Source of the DNA: Octopus vulgaris | Lineage: Eukaryota | Reading direction: 5' to 3' | Assembly (NCBI GenBank): GCA_951406725.2 | Contig: OX597817.1 | Location: forward strand, 150,102,001 to 150,166,000 | DNA length: 64,000 bases | Shown here: one piece after another, positions 12,207 to 25,379 of the stretch | How positions within the stretch are numbered: position 1 is the first letter of the stretch | How the letters are laid out: every line of letters starts with the position of its first letter | Notes under the pieces: model-generated | What the model was told of the DNA's origin: nothing | The model's input: the letters and a program-made list of their open reading frames with translations, nothing else | Database searches by the model: none | Made by a program: the position numbers and the translations under genes

Positions 12207-13436
12207 ATTCAGCAGTCATGGACTGATAGTTTCTCTTCTTTGAAGTCATTTCTGACTTTCCATACAAGCACCAGGGATTGACAACCAGACTGACTGACCT
12301 ACATAGATTGAAAAATTATATATTTAACCCTGAAACCGATATTATTATTGTTCATTGTACAATGAATAACTACTTGGGTACTCTCCATAAGATTTACTTT
12401 AATCAATAATATATCTATACCCAATTTCTTTGTTAATATTGACTATATACCTATAAAGTGTTGAGGCACGTGGCTTAGTGGTTAGGGGTGTTGAACTCAT
12501 GATCGTAAGGTTGTGGTTTCGATTCCTGGACCGGGCGATGCGTTGTGTTCTTGAGCAAAACACTTCATTTTCACGTTACTCCAGTTCACTCAGCTGGCAA
12601 TAATGAGTAATCCTGCGACAGACTGGCATCCCATCCAGGTGGGGAATTTCTACACCACTGAAACCGAGAAACCAGCCCTTATGGCCTGGCATGGCTTGAG
12701 AAGGAACATTTTTTTTTATTAAAGTGGTAAACTGGGAGAAGTATTAACATGCCAGGCAAAATCTTTAGCTGCACTTTGTCTGTCTTTACATTCTGAGTTC
12801 AAATTCTGCTGAGGTCGCCTTTGCCTTTCATCCTTTCGAAGGTTGATAAAATAAGGATCAGTTGAACACTGGGGTCAATGTAATCAACATAACCCCTCCT
12901 GCAAAACTGCTGGCCCTGTGCCAAAATTTGAGACCCACATCAGTTATAGGTGCAAGACAATAAGCTAGCAGAATTGTTAGCATGCTGGGCAAAATGCTTA
13001 GCTTAGATGCATGTTTGTCCATCTTTAAGTTCTGAGTTCAAATTCTGCTAAGGTTGACTTTGCTTTTAATCCTTTCAGAGTCGAAAAAATAAGTACCAGT
13101 TGAGCACTGGGGTCAGTGTAATTGACATACCCACCTCCCCCAAAATTCTTGGTCTTGTGCCAAAATTTGAAATCAATATTAGCTATGGAAGTTCAGCAAT
13201 CATGGATTGATAGTTTCTCTTCTTTGAGGTCACTAATTCCTGACTTGCCATACAAGGACCAAGCATTGACAACCAGAATGACTGACCTACATAGATTAAA
13301 AAATTATATATCTAACCCTAAAACCTATATTATTATTGTTTGTTATACAAACAACCTGTACTTGGGTACTCTCCATAAGTTTTACTTTAATCATATATCT
13401 AAACCAGATTTACTTGTTAATATCTATTATATACCT
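12207..13436 (+). repeat. Diverged ~245-bp direct repeat pair (12207-12452 and 13190-13436)
   Basis: Both copies share TGATAGTTTCTCTTCTTTGA...TGACCTACATAGATT...TACTTGGGTACTCTCCATAAG...TATACCT. Confidence 0.8.
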
Positions 13437-13690
13437 GTTGATAAGCTAACCAACCTCACCTTAAACCAGTTGCAGGGAAACCCATGTCAGTGACAAGATA
13501 ACAGTTAGTGCAACAGAAATTTTGGCACCAAATAATAAATGTTTAGGTGGAGTTAACAATCTTTGTGTCATTGAATGGCTAATATCTGTCTATTATACTG
13601 TAATTGCTTTAGTTTTTTTAGAAATGGAAGGCAAGGTTTATGATATCGGAGGAATATTATCTTTTTCCATCATCTTTTTCTTGTTCTTTA

Positions 13691-14105
13691 TGTAGTTCAG
13701 GCTTTTGGCAGGTGAAGAGATAAGACTTCAAGTACAACTGCTATTTACAACTGGTTTATTTACAGGAAAGGTGAAGTGTGCTGCTCACAGCTACCATCTT
13801 AAGCTCCGAATAGTGTGGGCACATTGCCTCTGGAGATAGACAGGCAGAAAGCGCTGCCTGTGTTGATGTTCAGCCAATGGTGCCAAAAGAGGCTGGTCTG
13901 AATCGGTTTCCCATTTATATAGTTTTCTCCATCGCGAGCCTCGTTGTGATCATGCGCATGGCAAATGGATGCAGGTGAGTTCTCGCTCCAGTCTCGGAGA
14001 TGGCAATGGCTGTCGCAAGATCTCATCCAATATGCCCCTGGCTGCTTGTGCCGCTACAGTTTCAACACCTGACCTCAGAAAAAAATCTCTTACCTGGCAA
14101 GTACA
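13691..14105 (-). mobile_element. Probable solo LTR (~415 bp)
   Basis: TGTA...TACA ends, flanks TCTTTA/TCTCTA (TSD with one mismatch), minus-strand TATA box near 13915 upstream of AATAAA near 13756. Confidence 0.5.
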
Positions 14106-14754
14106 TCTCTAAAGAATAATATTAAGTTTGGGGAATTTCTACCTTCAGTGTTAACAAAAATATCTCAAACCAATAAGGGAGCATTATGTGACAACTTTGA
14201 CTTGTTAGAAATAGCAGTCGAATCTCCTTCAAATTACACCTTACTCTCTTTAAAAAGCAGAACAACACATTGGATTAGTGGAGACATAGATATAAAAAAA
14301 ATGGGCTTGTCATGACTAGAATACCAGGGCAAGCCATTAACTCCATGATCGATATAGCCATTAATAGCACAACCTTCTCCAGCATCTCAATCCTTTTCTA
14401 CATTGCTAATGACCCCAAGTAGATTTTATAAAGTCAGATCTACCGGAGAACTCTCTTCTGTATCCACTCACCAATTGGCTCTTACTTTCAAGAAATTTAG
14501 TGCAAACAGTTTTCTTGAATTTGAAATCACAATGCATTCAATCATGTCTGGCACGCAAATCCTTTGTCAAAGCTGCCTGTCAATGTATTCCAGTTCTTTC
14601 GCATCTTTTGGTTATTTCCTTTACAATTGCTCTGCACCATTGTGGTATAGAACCTCTCTCTGACCTATACTTTATCAACTCTGATATTCCTCCAAAGGTT
14701 TTGCTTTCCATCAACCCATATACTGGGTCATACCATAAATAATGGTAAATAAAA

Positions 14755-14930
14755 TTCACTTGTCTGTGATGAAAAATACTCTTCCAGTACTGTTCAGACT
14801 TCATTCACAAAATTTCGTATTTTTTTCCATCCAAATGATTTTGAAGACTGCAGAATAAATGATAATCAGATGGGGAAATGTCCGGCGAATATGGTGGATG
14901 GGGCATCGTTTCCCATTCAAACTCCTCCTT
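14755..14930 (-). mobile_element. mariner transposase remnant
   Basis: EEFEWETMPHPPYSPDISPSDYHLFCSLQNHLDGKK, matching the mariner YSPDLAPxD motif. Confidence 0.8.
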
Positions 14931-15477
14931 ATGACAATGCCGATTTGCTTCATCAATGCAAAAAGAATTGTTCACACAGTATTTGTTCCTCCTAGTCAAA
15001 CTGTTAACCAGACATTTTACTTGGAAGTTCTGCAGCATTTCCAAGACACAGTGAAACCGAAACACCCCGACCTCTGGCAAAGTGGAGAGTGATGGTTTCA
15101 TCACAACAATGCGCTTGCGCACACCGCTTTGAGTGTGAGACAGTTTTTGACCAAAAATGGCATCACCCCACTTACTCACCCTCCCCATTCACCCAATCTT
15201 GCTCCCTGCAACGTTTTTTTTTGTTCCCCCTAATGAAAAAAGTCCTTAAAAGAAAAACGTTTTGCAGGTGTGGAAGAGGTGAAGAACAAAACAATGGAGA
15301 CGTTAAAAGGCATCACTTTATGAGTTCCAGGACTGCTTCGAACAGCGGAAAACGCATCTGGACTGATGCATGGCTTCAAATGGAAAATACTTTGATGGTG
15401 ATAAAAGTGTAAACATGTAAAAATAAATGAACAAAATAATATTCCAAAATTCCAGTTTCTTTTGGGTAGCCCTTCGC
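14931..15477 (+). mobile_element. mariner transposase remnant with 3' terminal repeat
   Basis: FVPPSQTVNQTFYLEVL...WFHHNNALAHTALSVRQFL...HPPHSPNLAP with stops and frameshifts; ends ATTCCAGTTTCTTTTGGGTAGCCCT. Confidence 0.8.
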
Positions 15478-17034
15478 ACAATGAATACCTTTAATCAGAA
15501 ATTAAATTTGGTGCTACAGACATTCTTTATTAAGAAGACTTTTCTACTCTACTATTTACAAGCTAATTAATGTATTAGACAACAGGATTCAAAGTCCACT
15601 GCAAGCATCGTATTATAACTCTAATGAAATTCTCTCTTCTGCTTAATAATATGAACTAAATTTTCTCTTTCTCTAAGAATGGTTTTTATGGAGAACTTCA
15701 TCTTACTATCTGAAGAACATAATCCAGCTTCTTGGATTTATTGATTCCTGCAACTTGTATTGAATGTTTTTCTATTGAAAAGTATGATAACATTGGCATC
15801 AATGGAATGGAAAATTTATAATAAATACTTCCATTTTAAGAAATTAATTAACTTCATAATATATAGCCAATCATATACCCATTGATTTTCTTCCTAACCA
15901 AAACTCTATTACATTAATTATATTAGACCTACCTAAAATAATGTAATAATATGTTGTGCATGTATAGTAATATTACAATCATGAAATTAGCATTAGCTTA
16001 TCTCACTCTCTCTCACAGAACCCCTAGGAACCTTTTGTGGAATCCTAGGGTTCTGGAGAACTGCAGCTGAGAAACGCTGCCCTAACCACCAAGTCATGTG
16101 TTTTCACTTCAAAGATGAGTATACCTGATAGAACTTTCATTCTTTTGCAGTTGATATAACAAAGTATTGATCAAGTAACAGGAACGATGTAATAGACAAA
16201 ATATCTCTCCTCAAAAAATTGCTGGCTTTGTTCTTAAATTAGAAACAGTCATGAGACTTGCAGCTATAAAGGAAAGTAGACATCATTTTTCTTTTTTAAT
16301 AAATGTTTTCCAGTTCAGTGGATTTTGTGAAGTATCTTGGCATTTTAATTAATTCAGGAACTATCTTTCATATTAACAAATCAGTCAAAAAAAATTTAAT
16401 TCACTATTAGCATCATATATCAATGTCGATACTATGAAAGTAAGAAAACATTAATTATCAATTGATTATATATTCATATACATTGTATCGAGTCAATATA
16501 TTAATATTATATTATCGTTCTCTAAATAGCTTGGTGGGGGGAAAAAAAAAAAACTAAATATACCCAACTCTTAAATAATTGGACTTGTGTCTCAACACAA
16601 GTAATCAATAGTGCAGAAAAATATTTAATTAATATAACAGATGAACTGAAAAATTAAAAACAAAATGAATTGAAAGTAATGATGTTCAGTTTAGACATAC
16701 TTACATATTAGAAATCAGAGCTATATACTGTAGTGTTTAGCATTTTCGGTGACTCTATTTAATAAATGAATAATAAAGGTTAGGCTGTTAATGGAATATC
16801 ACAGCATGGACCAGACTATTGGATACTCTTTTACTTGTTTCAGTCATTTGACTGTGGCCATGCTGGAGCACCGCCTTTGGTCGAGCAAATCGACCCCCCA
16901 GGACTTATTCTTTGTAAGCCTAGAACTTATTCTATTGGTCTCTTTTGCTGAACCGCTAAGTTACGGGGACGTAAACACACCAGCATCAGTTGTCAAGCGA
17001 TGTTGGGGGAACAAACACAGACACACAAACATAT

Positions 17035-17081
<47 letters not shown>

Positions 17082-17540
17082 AACATATATATACAATGGG
17101 CTTCTTTCAGTTTCTGTCTACCAAATCCACTCACAAGGCTTTGGTCGGCCCGAGGCTATAGTAGAAGACACTTGCCCAAGATGCCACGCAGTGGGACTGA
17201 ACCCGGAATCATGTGGTTCGTAGGCAAGCTACTTACCACACAGCCACTCCTACACCTGGATGTTGATATAAATTACTGGTTACAATACATTTCACATTGT
17301 TTTAGCCTTCAAGTGCCACCCCACTAGCTAGGTAAGCAGACCAACAGCATCCCACCTAGTTGGAAAACTATTCCATCATAGGGTTACACATTGACCAGCT
17401 GAGTGGATGGGAGCAATGTAACAGGGAGTGTTTCACTCAAAAGCACAATGCATTCCCCATCTGGGAATCAAACATGTGATCTAGCAATCATGAGCACAAC
17501 ACCCAAACCATTAGGCCACATACCTTTACTGATAGATTAT

Positions 17541-18100
17541 CGTCATCATCATCGTTTCACTTCTGCTTTCCATGCTAGCATGGGTTGGACTATTTGACTG
17601 GGGCCTGGCGAACCAGATGGCTGCACCAGACTCCAATCTGATCTGGCAGAGTTTCTACAGCTGGTTGCCCTTCCTAACACCAACCACTCCGAGAGTGTAG
17701 TAGGTGCTTTTACGTGCCACTGGCATAAGGGCCAGTCAGGCGGTACTGGCAACTGCCATGCTCAAATGGAGCTTTTTATGTGCCACCTGCACAGGGGCCA
17801 GTCCAGCAGCATTGGCAACGACCTCACTCGAATGTTTTTTTTCATGTGCCACCAGCACAAGTGCTAGTAAGGCGACACAGGTAATGATCATGCTCGAATG
17901 GTGTTTTTAACATGCTATCGGCACAGAGGCCAGCTTGTTTCTCTGGCAACGATCTCACTCTTATGGTACTCTTAGCACTCCACTAGCACGGATGCCAGTC
18001 ATTGAATTTGATTTCCATTTCGATTTCACTTGCCTCAACAGGTCTTTGCAAGCGGAGTTTAGTGTCCAATGAAGGAAAGACACGCATAAGTGGGCTGGTT
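17541..18100 (-). mobile_element. RTE-associated repeat, long 3' segment
   Basis: Begins on the plus strand with (CAT)n CGTTT...CATGCTAGCATGGGTTGGAC and has internal GTGCCACC...GGCA subrepeats; similar copies at 31820-32155, 52885-53105 and 55930-56229. Confidence 0.7.
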
Positions 18101-18682
18101 ACACCCCTATATAAAGTACTTGTATATGTGCAAATGTATGTGTGCAATAGCATGGCTGGAGTTAGGGTGGGTTTCACCCAGGGCAACACTTGTATGGGGG
18201 AAGAACTTTTGGGGTCTGGTGTATAAGCCTGTATAGGCTGGAGTGTCCAGTGAGAAGGGGCAGCAAACTCAACAGCTATTCCAGGTGGCACACACCCGAA
18301 TGGCACCACTGTGTCTGTGATGGGTCTTTCAGTCAGTTGTCTCAATGATGAATAATCAATTGTTCAATCAGCTGAATTCCTATTTGATGAAATTAACAAA
18401 CCGGTGTTTGAGTATTCCACAGATGCATGTACATTTAAGGAAATTCTCAAGTTGAATCAGCAGGGACACAATATGACAAGGCTGGACCTTTTGAATTACA
18501 GGAACAATTCAGGGAGAGGGGAAGGAGAAGGGAGAGAGAGGGAAGGAGAGAGAGAGAGAGAATGTACCCAGGACTGGACTATACTTTGTTTCATCATCAT
18601 CATCATCATCATCACCATCATTTCATGTCCATCTTCCATGCTGGCATAGGTTGGATGGTTTGACAGAAATGGGCAGAAATGG

Positions 18683-18801
18683 GCTTACGGCCATATCACG
18701 TTGAAAGCACCAGTTCTCATCTGATCACCCAAGTTAAGCAATGTCGAGCCTAGTTAGTACTTAGATGGGTGACTGCTTGGGAAACCTAGGTGCTGTAAGC
18801 G
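18683..18801 (+). pseudogene. 5S rRNA retropseudogene (full length)
   Basis: GCTTACGGCCATATCACGTTGAAAGCACC...AGTTAAGC...AGTACTTAGATGGGTGAC...GGTGCTGTAAGC; CpG decay, no oligo-T terminator, followed by an A-run. Confidence 0.9.
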
Positions 18802-18814
18802 TAGAAAAAAAAAA

Positions 18815-19038
18815 GCTGGAAGAAACATTAGCAAGCTGGGCAAAATGCTTAGCAGTATTTCGTCTGCCATTACGTTCTGAGTTCAAATTTCCGCCGAGGT
18901 CGACTTTGCCTTTCATCCTTTCGGGGTCCATAAATTAAGTACCAGTTACACACTGGGGTCGATGTAATCGACTTAATCCCTTTGTCTGTCCTTGTTTGTC
19001 CCCTCTATGTTTAGCCCCTTGTGGGCAATAAAGAAATA
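18815..19038 (+). mobile_element. Meta-like-core SINE fused downstream of the 5S copy
   Basis: Same family as 10111-10333; the 5S+SINE unit is flanked by AGAAATGGGCA direct repeats. Confidence 0.8.
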
Positions 19039-19481
19039 AGAAATGGGCAAATCAGATTATTGCACCAAGCTCTGCTGTCTCTTTTGGCATGGTTTCTACA
19101 GCTGGATGCCCTTCCTAACACCAACTCCTTTACAGCATGTACAAGGTGCATTTTTCATGCCATCAACACTAGTGAGGTTGCCATGCAGCTTGCATGACTA
19201 CAAACGCTGAGGTTGGTTGGGAGCTTTATGCTAGGAGATGCCATGGATAAAATATGAGAGAAGTGAGCAGAGCAGGTTTCTTGCTGAGGAGGTGCTACAT
19301 GACTACTCACATTTAAAAGAGAGGGAGAAGACAGTCAGGTGGGAATGGAAAGAAGTAAGTGGCATATGGTGGTGGTTGTATTGGGTATGCTGCCACACCC
19401 AATGTCACCAGATTTCAAGTAGGTGTATAGCAAAAGTTTTCCATTAAGATTTGGGATTAAATTAATGAGTAAGGTTAATAT

Positions 19482-20652
19482 TGTTACGAAACGGGATGGA
19501 AATCACCCGTCGTCGCTCGCCCGAACGGCCCACTAGTTCGCCACGGAACCCAAAGAGGAGAGAGGAGAGGTACTGCAACAACCACAACCTCAGCACAGAG
19601 ATACAGAGGCACAACCCGAGATACAACCCAAAGAGAGGCAAGGCAACAGAGACACTGGCTTATATTCAACAACTACTAGTTTATATGACAATCAATTGCT
19701 ACACATCAAATACATTTAAGGCAGACATTTAAAGGAAGACATGCACGTGACTACTCAATACATCATGCAACAGATCAACGCATAATACAACAGCATTTCA
19801 AGAGTACACGTCCGAAGACAACAGTTGTTTAAAGTCTCTTTCTGAACATCACAGATAAAGTCACATCAACAAGTCCTTTACTCAATTCTGAACATAAATA
19901 CCACAACTCGATAATCGACATATCGACAGAGTCCTTGACTGTTCTCTTCACTGTTCAATACACCGTGACACATATCAATGCACAACACATACCTCAATTC
20001 CTAATTGAATCTGCCAGTGTCCCATTCCTCTCAATCCTGCCAATTCCTCTGAATACTGCCAAATCCTTCTGTACATATCCCTTCTGCATATTCCAATCGC
20101 TTGCTCCTCAAATCCCAAGATCCCTGCTGATCTGTCCAAGATCCGTCTGTGTTCTTCCACGACCGCTCAACCGACCGCAAGATCCGTCTGTGTTCTTCCA
20201 CGACCAACTACCAACTGCCAGACCTCACTTCGTCTCTGTCCTTCTTCCACTCCCACATCTCCCTCTGTCTATATCGCTCCTACCCTTTCTAACTGCTCTC
20301 TGATTCCTTACTCTATCTATATCGCCTCAATCCCTTAGCCTCTCTATCTGTCCCTTACTGCTTATCCTTTCTATTTGCCCTCTGCTCTTACTCTATCGCT
20401 ATCGCCTGCCAGACTCCTAGCCTCTCCATCCGTCCCTTACTGCTTATACTCTATCTCTATTTGCTCTCAGCCCTTAATCTGTCCCTTTTCTTTCACTTCT
20501 CACTGACCCTCTTATCAACCACACGAGGTCACAGGTCATTCCAAAACCCATTAGTCCTCCATTAGACAAAAGACTGTCACATTTCGCCCAGACATGCCGG
20601 AACCATAATTCCAATGTGGGTCACCAAGACTGCACTAGCTAAACTCATAACA
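19482..20652. mobile_element. Solo LTR, Gypsy-like (1171 bp)
   Basis: TGTTACGA...TCATAACA inverted termini, 4-bp TSD ATAT on both sides, internal direct subrepeats. Confidence 0.75.
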
Positions 20653-20666
20653 ATATTTATAATGAA

Positions 20667-21030
20667 CTAGCAGTATCGCCCAGCGTTGCTTGGGTTTGTT
20701 TTGACCCTTTAGAATTGGAATTTTTGAAAAAGTAAAAATTTTGCATTATGTAGCTGGTTGAAATACACCAAAAAATGGCGACACAGCAGTAAAAAAATCG
20801 TAAAAAATAGGGATTTTCATAGAAAAAAAGCACCTTTTTGATGTAAATAATTTTTGGTGTTAACATGGTCCGATTTGAATTTTTCCTTCTACGGAATGAA
20901 GAGCAAGCCTTCTTCTATCATACTCTCAATTTTGGCCAACTTGCGCTGCAGGGTCTCGGAGGAGATAGTGTTAGTTGAAGGCTACCAAACCTGCCATACA
21001 CAGACAACTTCAGCTTTATATATATAGAGA
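20667..21030 (-). mobile_element. Non-autonomous Helitron
   Basis: 5' TC, 3' hairpin CCCAAGCAACGCTGGG plus CTAG, inserted at A|T without TSD; second copy at 41801-42143. Confidence 0.75.
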
Positions 21031-21713
21031 TTTGCCATTTTTGATGGGTGTGCAGCACACACCTAGCACACCTGGAATATACACCCCTGAAAGACATAAT
21101 ACAGAGGAGATATCCAGGTTGCCCTCAAGGTACAAGGGGAGTAAAAGTGAGTGAGGACAGAAGAACTAGGAGTATGAGTGAGTGGGGTTTGGAAAATGAG
21201 TAGAGGTGTGGGCAGATGGACCAGGAGTGTGAAAACTACTGAAAACAATTGCTTCTAAGATAGATACAAAACCAAAAGTTTTAGGTTGAGGGGTTAATCA
21301 ATTAAATTAACTTTTGTATTTGACTGGTGCTTTATTTTATCTATTCCAAAAGAAGGAAAGGCAAACTGACCTCATCAAGATTTGAACTTAGAATGTAAAG
21401 AACCAGGACAAGTACTACAAGACATTTCATCCAATGCTCCACCAATTCTGCTAATCCACCTGCACCAACAGTAGGAGCACTATATAAATACCAGTGTTTC
21501 ATTGTCATCCAGTAATGAATTCAAATCCTGCCATGGGTTTATCTGAGACAAGGTTGGACTGTGTTGAACTGATTGGTCTTATATATGCACTACACGAAAA
21601 CAAAATTGTCTGAGAACTTTACAAGGAATAACAGACAAGAAGACCCTAATCCTGTTATTATGACATTGTGAATTCATCTTGTCAATGTGCTGATAGTCTA
21701 CTAAGTGTGCAAC

Positions 21714-22503
21714 ACCCAGCTGAGTACTTGACAGACACTGACTTTGCTGACGACATCGCTCTTATCAGTGATTCTCTCTCCAATGCCCAGTCTCTTTTAC
21801 AATCTCTTGAACAAGCCTCAAATTGTGTAGGTCTTTACCTCAATGAGACCAAAACTGAATACATAAACAAGTGCCTGTCCAACAGTGATTGCATCATCCA
21901 CACTCTCAACAGTGCACCTTTAAATATGGTTTCTGATTATAAATATCTTGGGTCATACATATCATCATCTGGAAAAGACTTTCTAACTAGAAAGGGTATG
22001 GCCTGGTCAGCCTGTAATGACATGCATAAGATCTGGTCATCAAATCTAAGTAGAGACTTCAAACTTGAAATATTCAAAGCCACAGTCGAACCAATCCTAC
22101 TATATGGCTCAGAAACCTGGACGTTATCAAAGAAGCTTGAGAGGCGGTTGGATGGAACCTACACTTGCCTCCTTATGAGAGCTCAAAATCTCTCGTGGAG
22201 GCGCCATCCAACTAAAATGCAAATATATGGGAAATTACCACCTGTGTCATCTCTTGTGAAAGGTAGGAGAGTCCAGTTTGCTGGACATTGTTGTAGAGCT
22301 GAAAAAGAAGTAATTTCTACTCTTCTCCTCTGGAAGCCATCTACTCGCAACACCAGAGGGCGCACACTCTCCTACCCTGATGTAATCTCCAGGGATACAG
22401 GCATCCAGCAACAGGACCTCCGTAATGCTATGATGGACCGTGAAGTCTGGCGCAACATGGTAAATTCCATTGTCTCGACCACGGTCGAACAATGATGATG
22501 ATG
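21714..22503 (+). mobile_element. Young 5'-truncated RTE-clade LINE
   Basis: DFADD/YKYLGS RT motifs, (TGA)n tail, 11-bp TSD AAGTGTGCAAC at 21703-21713 and 22504-22514; near-identical to 10334-11130. Confidence 0.92.
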
Positions 22504-23278
22504 AAGTGTGCAACTCCCTAGCAACTCTCTTCCATTAAAGCTGGTCCCTTAGCCTTTGATGTGCATAATCCTATCTGCAAGACTGCAGTTTTTTTTCTCT
22601 TTGGGTTATCCCATACCCTTTGGACTTCCATATTCTACCTCCAAGGTAGCAATCACTGTTTAACCACAGCTCGTTGCTAGCTACTCCAACCAACAATCTT
22701 TTGTTGTGCCAAAGTGGTTTAGTGATGCACTTCACTCTTCTACCCTTACAGATGCTGCTGTTCTGTCAGAAGAGCCCCAAGAGTAGTGTTTGTTAAGGGG
22801 TGACTTCATTCTTCTCAGTATCTGGAGCTTCCCAACCTTAGACCCTGCCACCAAATGTAGTTTGAAGCCAAACCCAGGACAGCCTCCCTACTGTCTTAAA
22901 AGATAAATGGATATACTGGAAAGTGTTGTTCTGGATATACACTGCCTGACAAAAAGATAGGATGGTCATGATTGGAATGTCTTTGAGCATAGGTGTGCTT
23001 AATCAAGACTGACTTGTAGCTAACCAACAACTTAACAACTGATGACAGAGCCTTTCTCAATCATTTGACTCATGAGAAATAGCAGCCAAATCCCATTCAG
23101 CTTACACCTAAAATTTTAAAAAGAAAGAAGACATTGTATAAGGTAGTCCAAGATATACTATGTCTGAACATAAGATAGGAAAATCATGGCTTAAATACCT
23201 TTACTTATAGATCTTTAACCTGAATTGACCTTGGGCTAAACAGCAGCAACATTTTAAACTCAATGGCTGTATCAGATT

Positions 23279-23874
23279 TTAACCTTTTAGCATTTCAACT
23301 AGCCATATTTGACTCAAATATTCTACCAGCTTTATGTTCAAACCAGCCAGATCAGGCCTCTCACACTTGCCCTACTATGTCATTACAAAAATAAACAATC
23401 ACATCATTGAAATCTTCAAGCTGTAAGATAATGAATGGTTAATTCAAAACAATGTGAACAAGAGCACTCAGATGTTGCAAACCTCCACCAATGCAACACC
23501 AATGTCCTCTCAACAATTAGCCAGAGATGATTTTTAAAATGAGAATATCTGAAATAAACTCGACATCTCTCACAAATGAGAATATTAAAAATGAACCCGA
23601 CTACTCTCAGAAATTAAGTAAAAAAATGGAAAAATAATCCTGAATCTTTGTCTGGTACTGGATCGATCCCAAAATCTAATAAGTTCATGTCAGTCACAAG
23701 GCCCAACATCCCTGAAAGTTCTATCTGAATCCATCCAGCGGTTCTTGAGATATCTTGTCCACAGACTAACTAACAAACAAACAAATACGACTGAAAATAA
23801 TACCTCTGCCTTCACTAAGGCGGAGGCAATGAATAAGCATCACATTTGACAGAATCTGAATGGTAAAGGGTTGA
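23279..23874. mobile_element. piggyBac-like MITE interrupted by a Helentron/HINE-like insert (23457-23830)
   Basis: TTAACCTTT...AAAGGGTTGA ends matching the intact copies at 53573 and 60352; the insert starts AACAAG and ends in the hairpin CCTCTGCCTT-CACT-AAGGCGGAGG. Confidence 0.6.
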
Positions 23875-24313
23875 ACTTACAACTATGAAACCAGTTTTCC
23901 AGTACCTCAACCTCACCAACCTCACATGCACTACTCCTCTCTGTATCATTTTGTTTTAATTTCTTCTGCAATTATTTATAAAACAATTGACTGGGTTTTT
24001 TGGGGGTTTTTTTTGCTGTAATTTCTTATACAAAGAAATTAACAATTCATTTAAGAAAACATTTTGTTTTAATCCAATCAAAGTTATTATTTTTCCTGCT
24101 TATATAAGACTGTGCATCATTAATTAGATTTTTCTCCTACATTTTCCTCTTTCTTAACTACTATTACTACTACTACTACTGTTTGTTTTTTCACCTTTCA
24201 GTTTGAAAAAAAAAACTTGTATTTGCAATCAATTATTATTTTCTTATTTGTGTTTCTGTTTCCCTCATTAGTGCAATAATTCAGAATATTATTTGATAGG
24301 GAATTACATTTCC

Positions 24314-24356
<43 letters not shown>

Positions 24357-24375
24357 GACATATACATTTAGGTGT

Positions 24376-24437
<62 letters not shown>

Positions 24438-24715
24438 ATCCTTACCTTTACCTCTGTCAGTATTGCCTGTGTACAAATAATTAAGATTTCATTAAATTTT
24501 ATATAGAAAACAAATGCAATCAATTCTCAATGATTATTTTACACAAACACACATATATGCAGGCACACCAGCACATACACATACATACACTCGTATACAT
24601 ATACAAATGTGTGTATATGTGTATCTGTATATATGTATAAACATGTATGTATAGATACACACATATTTATGCATATTATATATATGTATATATACATATG
24701 TATGTGCTTGTGCAC

Positions 24716-24749
<34 letters not shown>

Positions 24750-24807
24750 ATAGATAGATAGATAGATAAAAAGATAGATAGACAGATATATATATATATA
24801 TATATAT

Positions 24808-24862
<55 letters not shown>

Positions 24863-25343
24863 TTTATACACATACATGCATGCATGCACACAGATACACA
24901 CATAAACGCACATATGTACACTAACTCACATATATACATGCCACAAGATTTGAATGCATGTAAGAATTATTATGTTCCTGAAAATAATCTTGTAAACAAT
25001 GTTTAAATGAAATAATAATTTGATTTTAAAAAACTGACATCCTGAGCCAAAATATTCAACATTTTCTGTATATCTTAATATTTTCTCTGGAACAAGTTTA
25101 TTACAATGAAAATAAAAAGCCTCAACCACTGTGATAATATCATCTTTTATCTTTTACTTGTTTCAGTTATTGAACTGCAGCCATGCCATGGTACCACCTC
25201 GAAGAGTTCTAGTTAAACAATTGGCCTCCAATGCTTATGTTCTTTTCCTTTTTGTTTCTTTAAGTTTGGCATTTTATTTTTTTTTAACTTTTAATCTTCT
25301 GTGTATATATATATAGATATTTAGAAACAAACATGATTTCTAA

Positions 25344-25379
<36 letters not shown>

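Noticed and set aside
13945-13965. NRF1-like binding site CATGCGCATG
   Set aside because: Partial match inside a probable solo LTR, far from any identified promoter
18683-18801. Functional 5S rRNA gene
   Set aside because: Single dispersed copy with CpG decay, no oligo-T terminator, and retro-insertion hallmarks
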